A stretch of DNA of 64,000 nucleotides from Bacteroidales bacterium. GTDB lineage: Bacteria > Bacteroidota > Bacteroidia > Bacteroidales > FEN-979. This document shows positions 15,097-22,864 of the stretch, one piece after another; positions within the stretch are counted from its first letter, which is position 1, and each line of letters begins with the position of its first letter. The stretch spans positions 1,813,670 to 1,877,669 of the forward strand of contig OY759717.1 in the NCBI GenBank assembly GCA_963662525.1. Reading direction: 5' to 3'. The notes under the pieces are model-generated. The model saw only the letters and a program-made list of their open reading frames with translations, searched no databases and had not been told where the DNA came from. Position numbers and translations under genes: made by a program.

Positions 15097-16299
15097 TTAT
15101 TTTCCGGGTTTTGCCGGGATTCTGACACCCTCGGCGTATCGGGCAATGAAAACACCTTTGAAACCGCGGGCTTTGAGTTTTTTAAGTAAAACCTCGGCGG
15201 ATTTCCAGCTATTAAATGGTCCGATGGTAAAGCGATACCATTCCTCTGAAAATTCTTTATCGACCGGGAAAGTGAGTTTAAGATTTTTCTGAATGCTTTC
15301 GGCAGTATGGTTTGGATCACGGGAAGCAAAAACCTGCACCCGGTAAGTGGTGCCTTTGTCGGAGAGCCCTGTACCCCGGCCCTTCTCCGCATCTTTGGTT
15401 ACCGGAGGTTCTACAATATTCGTGTTTGATGCTGATTCATCCGGCGTGATTTCCTTCATTGGCGGAGGCTGGAGGGCTTGTTTTTCGGCATCAGTTTTTT
15501 GCTGCACTGCCGGGGGAGTTTCGGAAACAGGAGGTTTTGGAAGCATTATTCCCGGGGGTGTTGAATACTGGGCCGGTTTCAGTTTTCCGGAATTCCGCTT
15601 ATTGAAATTAAAAGTAACATTCAGGGCTAAAAATGAATACATATCATAGGGAAATCCGCCCGGAGTAGCATCAAGTTTATCGGAATTGAGTCCGCGAAGG
15701 GTCCATTCCAGGCCAAGGTTAACCTTATCAGCAATGCTGTAATATGCTCCTAAACCGGCAGGAATAACAACTTCAGTAGTCCAGTTTGATGGAGAACCAC
15801 TGCCTCCGATGGTGGCATGGGTGATCAGGTCTTTCTTTTTTGTAATCCAGTTGGATAATCCGGCGCCCACAGTACCATAAACAAAGAACCTGCGTTCCGG
15901 TTTATATTTAAAAAACAAGTTGCTGAAGTTAATGGTTGCATTCAGGTTATACTCCAGGATATTTCCTTCAAAATACAGGTTGGCAGGAGCGCCGTCCTTA
16001 TAATTTCTTTTTGTGCCGGATATTTCGCCATAAAGCACCTGTCCGCGAATGGCAAATACATGACTTAACTGGCGGATCAGCGAAAAACTACCGGCATATC
16101 TCCATTCATTCATATTGGTATTGGCAGGGAAGAAACGGTTGACTTTCAGATCGCCGAAAAATATATTCGGCCCGCCGCTGACACTTACCGACCAGTTGCT
16201 GAAAAATCGTTTTCCAAGAACTCCCTGGGTTTGAGCTGATGAATGAAAGGGTAGGGTGAAAAATATAAATAGTGTTAAGAGGAAAAATAATTTTCTCAT
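15097..16299 (-). CDS. Outer-membrane beta-barrel protein with a Pro-rich linker and a C-terminal SPOR (peptidoglycan-binding) domain
   Basis: The internal ATG at 16299 gives the signal peptide MRKLFFLLTLFIFFTLPFHSSAQ. Alternating beta-strand pattern. C-terminus TTYRVQVFASRDPNHTAESI...WYRFTIGPFNSWKSAEVLLKKLKARGFKGVFIARY is SPOR-like. The 37 codons upstream in the track ORF are probably not translated. Confidence 0.7.
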   Translation of the reverse strand: MRKLFFLLTLFIFFTLPFHSSAQTQGVLGKRFFSNWSVSVSGGPNIFFGDLKVNRFFPANTNMNEWRYAGSFSLIRQLSHVFAIRGQVLYGEISGTKRNYKDGAPANLYFEGNILEYNLNATINFSNLFFKYKPERRFFVYGTVGAGLSNWITKKKDLITHATIGGSGSPSNWTTEVVIPAGLGAYYSIADKVNLGLEWTLRGLNSDKLDATPGGFPYDMYSFLALNVTFNFNKRNSGKLKPAQYSTPPGIMLPKPPVSETPPAVQQKTDAEKQALQPPPMKEITPDESASNTNIVEPPVTKDAEKGRGTGLSDKGTTYRVQVFASRDPNHTAESIQKNLKLTFPVDKEFSEEWYRFTIGPFNSWKSAEVLLKKLKARGFKGVFIARYAEGVRIPAKPGK

Positions 16300-16481
16300 G
16301 AACCTTCGGTAACGATGAATTTCGCGTAAAGATAAATCTCCACCCCATGGGGTGAAACGACCACCTCGGTTCTTTATTAACAACGCATTGTTATTAGCGT
16401 GGGTTTGCAATGCCTGTGAAAGGATGAAGCCGGAATCTTTTCCGGAAAAGTGTCAGAAAAGATAAATTTTCTCTGAAATTA

Positions 16482-16511
16482 TTGGAAAATAGAAGACTTT
16501 GTGTAAATTTG
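16482..16511 (+). promoter_or_regulatory. Bacteroidota sigma-AB-type promoter for tRNA-Asn (TTG at 16482, TAAATTTG at 16504..16511)
   Basis: TTG, a 19-nt spacer, then TAAATTTG. The tRNA 5' end is 12 nt downstream of the -7 box. Confidence 0.65.
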
Positions 16512-16522
16512 CACTCCCAAAT

Positions 16523-16596
16523 TCCTCCTTAGCTCAGTTGGTTAGAGCATCTGACTGTTAATCAGAGGGTCGCTAGTTCAAGTCTAGCAGGGGGAG
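16523..16596 (+). tRNA. tRNA-Asn (anticodon GTT)
   Basis: A 74-nt cloverleaf folded by hand. Acceptor tcctcct/aggggga (one G-U pair), D stem gctc/gagc, anticodon stem tctga/tcaga with loop ctGTTaa (GTT at 16557..16559), T arm gctag-ttcaagt-ctagc. CCA is not encoded. Confidence 0.93.
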
Positions 16597-16607
16597 CCTC
16601 ACTGGAC

Positions 16608-16636
16608 AAGCCGGCAGAAATGTCGGCTTTTTCTTT
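16608..16636 (+). terminator. Rho-independent terminator after tRNA-Asn
   Basis: AAGCCGGCA-GAAA-TGTCGGCTT stem-loop (one mismatch) followed by TTTTTCTTT. Confidence 0.75.
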
Positions 16637-16714
16637 GATTCCCAGTTGACTCAACAGGTGCAACCCCTTATCTCTTTCCATTCAACTTTCCTTATTACTT
16701 TAGAAAAAATATCG

Positions 16715-16722
16715 TATTTTTG
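16715..16722 (+). promoter_or_regulatory. -7 promoter box (TATTTTTG) for the MntA/HepT remnant
   Basis: Exact TAnnTTTG match, 18 nt upstream of the ATG at 16741. Confidence 0.5.
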
Positions 16723-16740
16723 TTCAAACAGATTCAATAT

Positions 16741-17030
16741 ATGCTTGATCCTGAAAAAATAAAGTAATTATTGATTATCTCAAGGCCTACAATCCGGTAA
16801 AAATCGGGATTTTCGGTTCCTACGCCAGGAATGAATCCAGGCCGGATAGTGATCTTGATATCCTGATTAACCTTAATACGGCTATCTCGCTATTTCAGTT
16901 AGTCCGGATTGAGCGTGAATTATCTGAATTATTAGGCGTCAAAGTCGATCTCGTTTCTGAAGGCGCCATTAAAAATCAAAAATTACGAAACTATATTGAG
17001 GCTGATCTTAAAATCATTTTTCAGTCATGA
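16741..17030 (+). pseudogene. MntA-type nucleotidyltransferase antitoxin, frameshifted near codon 6
   Basis: The ATG at 16741 reads MLDPEKIK* and stops. The frame starting at 16755 reads KNKVIIDYLKAYNPVKIGIFGSYARNESRPDSDLDILINL...VDLVSEGAIKNQKLRNYIEADLKIIFQS*, which contains the GS-x(n)-DxD minimal nucleotidyltransferase motif. The two frames join with a 1-nt shift in the run gaaaaaataaag. Confidence 0.75.
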
Positions 17031-17143
17031 AGGATGACTCCATTTATCTTGAACACATTGAAACTAATCTGAATATTGTTTATCATACAGTTGCTGTTGA
17101 CATTCCCAACCTCCTGCCTGTAATTGAAAGGATCTTAGGATAA
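17027..17143 (+). pseudogene. HepT (DUF86/HEPN) toxin remnant with an internal deletion that removes the catalytic core
   Basis: ATGA overlap with the MntA stop. 38 codons: MKDDSIYLEHIETNLNIVYHTVAVDIPNLLPVIERILG*. This is DUF86-like N-terminal and C-terminal ends joined directly. No R-x4-6-H HEPN motif is present. Normal length is about 110-140 aa. Confidence 0.6.
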
Positions 17144-17620
17144 CCTATTAAAAAGACTATTCCAGTTGCAACTTTGTGCATTAAGGGGAGCCAACAAAGA
17201 CAAGGGTTTCAGAGTATATTTTCTAAGACCCTTTTTCTTTTTTTCCTACACAATTTCCAACATAAGTTTCCTCCCGTACCATCTCGAATCCTTTATCAGA
17301 CGCCATCTTTCGTATAATTCCTTCCATCTTTATATTAAATCTATTAATTTTTATTGATAGATATCCTGCTGTATATCAGCGACAAATATCATAAAATGCT
17401 GTTATTGAAAAAAGTAATTGATAGAATTGTGAATACCTTTTGAATTTAGTGTAAGAAATTTTATTGGCGGAGGAGACTCTGTTTGATAGATAAATATATG
17501 GAAATCAATAGAATAGTTAGATGGTTCTCTTTTTTGAAGAAAAATCCTGACGACCAAGGTCAACATAGAATTTCACAAGTGTATCTCCGGGAATTTGGGT
17601 CATCGGGTCAAATAAGCATT

Positions 17621-17869
17621 TTAAGGCTTTCCTATCTGAATAAATTCGATAGGTGCTCCATTTTCTTCTATAAAGGCAACGATGTTTCCTTCAGAGGGGC
17701 TGTTTGACTGAATGATCACATGTTTGTCCTTGATTGCCTCGTAGATATCATCAACCTCAAAAGCAACATGCGGGAGTGTCTTGTAATCTTTCAAATAGAC
17801 TTCACCTCCAATTGGTTTCGTTGTTGGAATACCAAGATGGTGGTATTTTAACTTTTGTGGTTTGCTCAT
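17621..17869 (-). CDS. Small VOC (glyoxalase/bleomycin-resistance fold) family protein, possibly shortened
   Basis: KYHHLGIPTTKP...LPHVAFEVDDIYEAIKDKHVIIQSNSPSEGNIVAFIEENGAPIEFIQ fits the VOC beta-alpha-beta-beta-beta pattern. At 82 aa it is short for the family. Confidence 0.55.
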   Translation of the reverse strand: MSKPQKLKYHHLGIPTTKPIGGEVYLKDYKTLPHVAFEVDDIYEAIKDKHVIIQSNSPSEGNIVAFIEENGAPIEFIQIGKP

Positions 17870-17883
17870 GGGGATGGTTATAA

Positions 17884-18615
17884 TTACCTGTGAGGTACTA
17901 CCAGATCACAATACCAAAATCCATTATTGAAAGGGCTATCATCCGTTGATTGGTCATCTGTGTCAGGTGCGGTATATTTTCTGTAGACTATTTCACCTTT
18001 TTCAAATTCAATGAGTTTTGAAAAGAATGGGGCATCAAACACAAAGCTGTGATATTCGCCATTCTCCCCACAAGGATCAACACCAGGAGGAAGATCATGT
18101 AAAAAGTCATCGTCAATTATTCTTCCAACAAAGCTCTTGTCCAAGTATTTATCGTTAACACAGGTTGTAATAGCCCTAAACCCAGAATCGATGAATTCCC
18201 GTATAAGTTTGTCAGTTGGAATCTTCCATAATGGAAAAAGACCTTTAAGATTCAACTCTGCCAGTTTATCTTCTCTGTATTTCCTCAGGTCTTCCAAGAA
18301 GATATCCCCAAACACCGAAGCGGTTACTCCTTTTTCTTTCAAATCTAATAACGCTGCCTCCATTGTATTATCGTAGACTTCCATGATTGGCATTTCGGGG
18401 ATTTGTATTTTTAGCAATGGTAACCCTATACGTTCTGCCTGAGCTTCTAGCAATTCAACCCGCACCCCATGCATCGAGATTCTTTGGTATGGTTGACTTA
18501 TCGTGGTCAATAAACACATAATCTCGTATCGCTGGTCTTGCAAAACTTTATTCAAACAGAAGGCGGAGTCTTTACCACCGCTCCAGTTAAATATGGCTTT
18601 TTCTTTTAAAAGCAT
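17884..18615 (-). CDS. Dph6-related / MJ0570-type ATP pyrophosphatase (adenine nucleotide alpha-hydrolase superfamily)
   Basis: N-terminal PP-loop NWSGGKDS and the overall COG2102-like pattern (...HGVRVELLEAQAERIGLPL..., ...GENGEYHSFVFDAP). Confidence 0.7.
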   Translation of the reverse strand: MLLKEKAIFNWSGGKDSAFCLNKVLQDQRYEIMCLLTTISQPYQRISMHGVRVELLEAQAERIGLPLLKIQIPEMPIMEVYDNTMEAALLDLKEKGVTASVFGDIFLEDLRKYREDKLAELNLKGLFPLWKIPTDKLIREFIDSGFRAITTCVNDKYLDKSFVGRIIDDDFLHDLPPGVDPCGENGEYHSFVFDAPFFSKLIEFEKGEIVYRKYTAPDTDDQSTDDSPFNNGFWYCDLVVPHR

Positions 18616-18642
18616 GGGGGATTATCTTACTGAGGATCAAAT

Positions 18643-19164
18643 TTATTTGGTCACCCCTCCAACTATTTTAGAGTATTCGGTATCAACAGGTTCCCAAAGT
18701 TCAATTTTATTTCCCTCGATATCAAGAACATGAATGAATTTCCCATACTCAAACGATTCAATTGTATCCAGAATAGTAACGCTATCTGCCTTTAGCAGTT
18801 GGACAAGTGCCTGAAGGTTATCCACCCGATAGTTGATCATGAAATCTTTGGTGGATGGTTCAAAGTACTTAGTAGTTTCTTTGAACGGGCTCCATTGGGT
18901 GAATCCTTTCTTTGTACTGTCAGCTCCAGTCCGCCATTCAAAGGTCGTTCCATACTTATCAGTTTGAAGTCCAAGGTTCTTCGCATACCATTCCTTCAGT
19001 TTCTTGGGGTCTTTGCATTTGAAAAAGATGCCACCAATACCTGTTACTTTTTTCATAGTTGGTTCTTCAGGGGTATTTGATACCATTCTAAGGGCAAACC
19101 CAGCTCCAAAGGTGGCAAGGAATGCTATTGTTATCAGGATTGGTTTCAGGATGTTATTTTTCAT
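18643..19164 (-). CDS. VOC family (glyoxalase-like) protein with an N-terminal signal or anchor
   Basis: N-terminal hydrophobic segment, then GIGGIFFKCKDPKKLKEWYAKNLGL...FMINYRVDNLQALVQLLK...GKFIHVLDIEGNKIELWEP. Confidence 0.65.
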   Translation of the reverse strand: MKNNILKPILITIAFLATFGAGFALRMVSNTPEEPTMKKVTGIGGIFFKCKDPKKLKEWYAKNLGLQTDKYGTTFEWRTGADSTKKGFTQWSPFKETTKYFEPSTKDFMINYRVDNLQALVQLLKADSVTILDTIESFEYGKFIHVLDIEGNKIELWEPVDTEYSKIVGGVTK

Positions 19165-19741
19165 GGTTCGTGGATTTTATTGTTGTCATAACTTTTTGAA
19201 TAAATTCAGATTTTCCAGCAGTATAAGCATCTCGGTCATTCTTGAATTTCATAGCCAACTCCAGTTTGAGAGCCTCATATTCTTTGGCAACTGCAGTATT
19301 GGCGATCAAATAATCTCGCAAATAAATCCGATCCCAAAGCCCAGCGTGGCTTAAAGGTGCCATGTGGATGTGATAGCACTGACCCTTAAACCCTTCTGGG
19401 GTATAACCCTTCATAAACATCATGTAAGAGGGCGGGCAATCGTGTCTGAGGGTGAAATGATAGCCATTATCTTTCATTTTCTGAATAATAATATGCTTGA
19501 TATCTTCACTATCAGGTATTGCCACCAAAATATCAACGGTGGGTTTGGCTGCCATATTTGGGATAGCAGTGCTCCCGAAGTGCTCGATCTTGAGCGAAAA
19601 GGGGGAGATTATTCTCTCGATCTCAGTTTTTTCCATCAGGAAGAGATCGTGCCATCGGGATTTGTAGGGAACGATCTCTATCGGGAAGAGTTGCCCAAGT
19701 TCTTCTGGGGATAATTCGTTCAGGTCTTTTAACATTGGCAT
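19154..19741 (-). CDS. GrpB-family protein (nucleotidyltransferase-fold, UPF0157)
   Basis: IEHFGSTAIPNMAAKPTVDILVAIPD...HIHMAPLSHAGLWDRIYLRDYLIANTAVAKEYEALKLEL matches GrpB signature blocks. It overlaps 18643..19164 by 11 nt. Confidence 0.75.
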   Translation of the reverse strand: MPMLKDLNELSPEELGQLFPIEIVPYKSRWHDLFLMEKTEIERIISPFSLKIEHFGSTAIPNMAAKPTVDILVAIPDSEDIKHIIIQKMKDNGYHFTLRHDCPPSYMMFMKGYTPEGFKGQCYHIHMAPLSHAGLWDRIYLRDYLIANTAVAKEYEALKLELAMKFKNDRDAYTAGKSEFIQKVMTTIKSTNHEK

Positions 19742-19747
19742 AATAGG

Positions 19748-20029
19748 CTATTTCGATCTTTTATCTTTCCAATTCCACCATTTCAGCAATTCAAGATCAA
19801 GAGCCTCTGGTGCTGTTGAAGCATAATAGACGGCACATCGGAAACTATACAACAAACACCGATCCTGAACCGCACCAGCATATCTATTTGAAAGGTCAAA
19901 GAGAACCTCTGGGTTTTTGTCCTTCAAGTCGTTCACTGATCTGATCTCAATATTCCAAAGATCATTGGCAATGGACTTACCAATTGAAGGGATTGTCATG
20001 AGTTCTTTGATGGACTGTTCTTTATTCAT
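19748..20029 (-). CDS. Helix-hairpin-helix domain protein (Cdd1 'pathogenicity locus'-like)
   Basis: The internal ATG at 20029 gives MNKEQSIKELMTIPSIGKSIANDLWNIEIRSVNDLKDKNPEVLFD..., an HhH motif (IPSIGKSIA). The upstream extension in the track ORF is unlikely to be translated. Confidence 0.55.
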   Translation of the reverse strand: MNKEQSIKELMTIPSIGKSIANDLWNIEIRSVNDLKDKNPEVLFDLSNRYAGAVQDRCLLYSFRCAVYYASTAPEALDLELLKWWNWKDKRSK

Positions 20030-20155
20030 TTGAAATTCGATGAAAGAATTGAAAACCAAAGGTAGAAAATCTGCATGAGTGGAAAAATCTGAGCTCCTGA
20101 CCACCCTCTGCCGATTTTGGCTGACCACCCTATTTGATTAGTAACCAATTCATCC

Positions 20156-21148
20156 CTACCTCAAAGCGTTTGGCCTGATCATCGACACCCCTATTCTTTC
20201 TCCTTCTCTGATCACCGTTTCATAACCCTTTAACGTATTGATCAATAAATCTTCATCGATGCGAATTTTGTTTTTTTCAAACAACAGCACCACCGTGGAA
20301 CCCCCGAATTTGAAATATCCTTTCTCCTCCCCTTTTTTTACAAAATTCCCGGTATAAGTCTGTACAATGCTTCCGACCATGGTTGCGCCTACTTCAGCCA
20401 TCATGACATCTCCATACAATGGGTTTGAAATGATGGTAAATTCCCGTTTGTTCAGGCAGAATATTTCGGTCATTTTGCGCAAAGCAAGGGGGTTTACTGA
20501 ATAATAGTCCCCATCAATCCGGGTGATAGGTGATACCCTTCCGCTCATGGGGAAATGGAAACGGTGGTAATCGAAAGGGGCAAGCCGGATGATCACCAGG
20601 GTGCCATCAAGGTAATTTTGAGCAAGGCGGGCATGATTCAAAAACGAAAAAATATCGAAACGGGTTCCTTTGATGATAAAATCGCTCTTGCTGATATTGG
20701 CATATGCCAGTATTTTGCCATCGGCAGGCGACACTGCAACCGTTGAGTTGGTATCCACCGGTCTGGCATCATACTTTAGTTTCCGGGTAAAGAAATCGTT
20801 GAAAGAATTGAACTCCTGTTTTTGGGCGATGCTCAGGTCGATATCAAATTCATCAACAAAGGCTTGTATTTTTTTGGTCGATGAAGGACGATCCATGCTG
20901 TTGCCATAAACAGACGAAACCACCTTTCTTTTGGCCAGCGCCCACAATGTTGCTTCGCCAACCGGGTTATTATACAGCCACACCAACCACTTTTGGCCAG
21001 CCACTTTTTCCGTTTTTAACAAACCGCTTTGCCTGTCGTAATAACGGATGGGAGCCTGTGGCGGCAATGGATATAAAGCCAGTATGGCAATGACAGCAAG
21101 CAATAGTAAAATGAGACCCCACCTCTTTTTAGGTTTTGAAATGTTCAT
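20156..21148 (-). CDS. psd: Phosphatidylserine decarboxylase proenzyme
   Basis: N-terminal membrane anchor. FFTRKLK...RP, PADGKI, RLAPFDYHRFHFP, and the self-cleavage site FKFGGSTVVLLF (G-S-T). Confidence 0.85.
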   Translation of the reverse strand: MNISKPKKRWGLILLLLAVIAILALYPLPPQAPIRYYDRQSGLLKTEKVAGQKWLVWLYNNPVGEATLWALAKRKVVSSVYGNSMDRPSSTKKIQAFVDEFDIDLSIAQKQEFNSFNDFFTRKLKYDARPVDTNSTVAVSPADGKILAYANISKSDFIIKGTRFDIFSFLNHARLAQNYLDGTLVIIRLAPFDYHRFHFPMSGRVSPITRIDGDYYSVNPLALRKMTEIFCLNKREFTIISNPLYGDVMMAEVGATMVGSIVQTYTGNFVKKGEEKGYFKFGGSTVVLLFEKNKIRIDEDLLINTLKGYETVIREGERIGVSMIRPNALR

Positions 21149-21213
21149 CTGTTATTCTCTGTTAATTTATGAGTCAGATAGAATGTCTTGTTTGCTTTCT
21201 TTGCCTTGAATAG

Positions 21214-21221
21214 CAAACATA
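21214..21221 (-). promoter_or_regulatory. -7 promoter box (TATGTTTG on the minus strand) upstream of psd
   Basis: Exact TAnnTTTG match, 66 nt upstream of the ATG at 21148. Confidence 0.4.
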
Positions 21222-21290
21222 ATGGAAATACGGCCCGGGGGGCGGGATCTCTCTTGCCAGTTTCATCGTGTTATTCATCGGATGGTCATA

Positions 21291-22613
21291 TCAATTTTTT
21301 ACCAGCGAAACATACAGTTTGTCCTGGGGAGTTACGCTTACCTTCATCCTGTCCCCGTTATGCTTGATCACAAAGGACAGGGTTTTAAGGTTTTTCTGAG
21401 CATAGGGTTGATACTTGAGGTTCGACATGATGAATAAATACCTCAATCCGTTGTTATTGCCATGCAGAAGGTTGCTCCATTGTGTCTGGCCGCCGTCAGA
21501 ATATCTTTCCGGGATCCTGGAATTGACTATGTTTATAATCTCGTCCCCCTTCCCGATCCCGGCGGTTGCTGCAGGTGAACCTGGAATAACATCGGCGACT
21601 GTCCTCATATCATTCAGATCATATATGATCCCGGTATAAGCGTAATGCAACAGCAAGTAATATTCCGAATTGGGGATCCACACGGCTGGGAACTGGTAAA
21701 GCAGGAGCGCAAACAGGTCACCGCTTTTGTCAACCAGGTTGCTTTTTGATTTCGAAGCCTGAGACACCGAGCCCGACCAGATCACCGGCGGGATCTTGCT
21801 TTGCCCGATTTTATGGGCATCAAGAAATTTCAAGGAGATGGAATAGAGATAAGTCACCTCGGTATAACCTCCTTGGGTGGTGGATTCTGTGATGGGTATG
21901 GGCACAAAGCCCCAATACCAGTCATAGGTAGTGCTGATCCGAGTGCTGATGATTTGCTGGGGAGGGTTGTAATGCTCTTTCGAGCCCGAGTAGGAACTCA
22001 TCACGATCAGGATATCCGGGTTGTTTTGTGATCTTCTCAATCCCCTTGTATTTAACTGGTCTGCAAGCTCCTTGAAAATTTCCTTTTCGAGCAGGGGATC
22101 CTGGGCTGAAGTGTAATCAAAATCATACGATTTGTAATCGAAAATATTGATTTCATCATCATCAAGGACTGCCATCGACGATTGCACCATCCGGGTCTTC
22201 TCGGAATAGTCATTTGTATAGATTCTTGTTGCTAACGCTCCTTCAGTAATATAGTTCCTTCCATCGAATAAAGAAACTGAAATCCGGGGGACATTTTTTT
22301 CAAGGGAGCCAGTCTTGCCATAACGGCTGACGGCAAGGTTAACGTAAGAACCGGGAGTGCCTTTTATATGGCTGATGGGATTTTTGATCTCCGCCACCCT
22401 TATCCCGTCTATGCCGATAATATGATCCCCTGCTTTTATTCCGGCAACATCTGCAGGAGAACCCTGGATAACGCTGTTAACCTTTATAAACTGTTTGTTG
22501 CTGCTCGCCTTGAGCATGCAACCGATACTGCCGGTGGAAGATCCTTCATCCTGAGAAACACAAACTGTAATATTAAGCAAATAGGCCAATATCAAAAGGA
22601 GTAAATTTTTCAT
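21291..22613 (-). CDS. Secreted protein with two PDZ domains
   Basis: Signal peptide MKNLLLLILAYLLNITVCVSQ. PDZ-like blocks VIQGSPADVAGIKAGDHIIGIDG and VIPGSPAATAGIGKGDEIINI. Confidence 0.65.
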   Translation of the reverse strand: MKNLLLLILAYLLNITVCVSQDEGSSTGSIGCMLKASSNKQFIKVNSVIQGSPADVAGIKAGDHIIGIDGIRVAEIKNPISHIKGTPGSYVNLAVSRYGKTGSLEKNVPRISVSLFDGRNYITEGALATRIYTNDYSEKTRMVQSSMAVLDDDEINIFDYKSYDFDYTSAQDPLLEKEIFKELADQLNTRGLRRSQNNPDILIVMSSYSGSKEHYNPPQQIISTRISTTYDWYWGFVPIPITESTTQGGYTEVTYLYSISLKFLDAHKIGQSKIPPVIWSGSVSQASKSKSNLVDKSGDLFALLLYQFPAVWIPNSEYYLLLHYAYTGIIYDLNDMRTVADVIPGSPAATAGIGKGDEIINIVNSRIPERYSDGGQTQWSNLLHGNNNGLRYLFIMSNLKYQPYAQKNLKTLSFVIKHNGDRMKVSVTPQDKLYVSLVKN

Positions 22614-22864
22614 ACTGCTCGTTTTAATATGAATAATAAAAAGACAGTGGTCAACTTCCCTGTTTTTCAGTTCATTAAAATTAGCAAATATTATAATTTA
22701 CGCGGCACTATCGAAATATATTTATCGTCATTTTGGGGTACAATAATTGTGCGCTGAGATTTCCGTCATAATGAAAATCCACAAAAACTAAAATTCACTA
22801 TTTCTTCACTTTCTTATACTTCAGGGTATTCCCCCTTGCCGTGTAAATTAATATATGCGTGGAT

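Noticed and set aside
17195-17210. aaggggagcc, resembling the tRNA-Asn 3' end (cagggggagcc), as a possible attR of an island.
   Set aside because: Only ~8-9 nt match. That is too short to distinguish from chance, and no integrase is present.
17166-17707. Plus-strand ORFs 17166..17357 (63 aa) and 17483..17707 (74 aa).
   Set aside because: The first is a Phe/Ser-rich frame opposite a possible GNAT fragment. The second overlaps the VOC gene on the other strand and at best contains a DUF4238-like N-terminal fragment. Neither looks like an intact gene.
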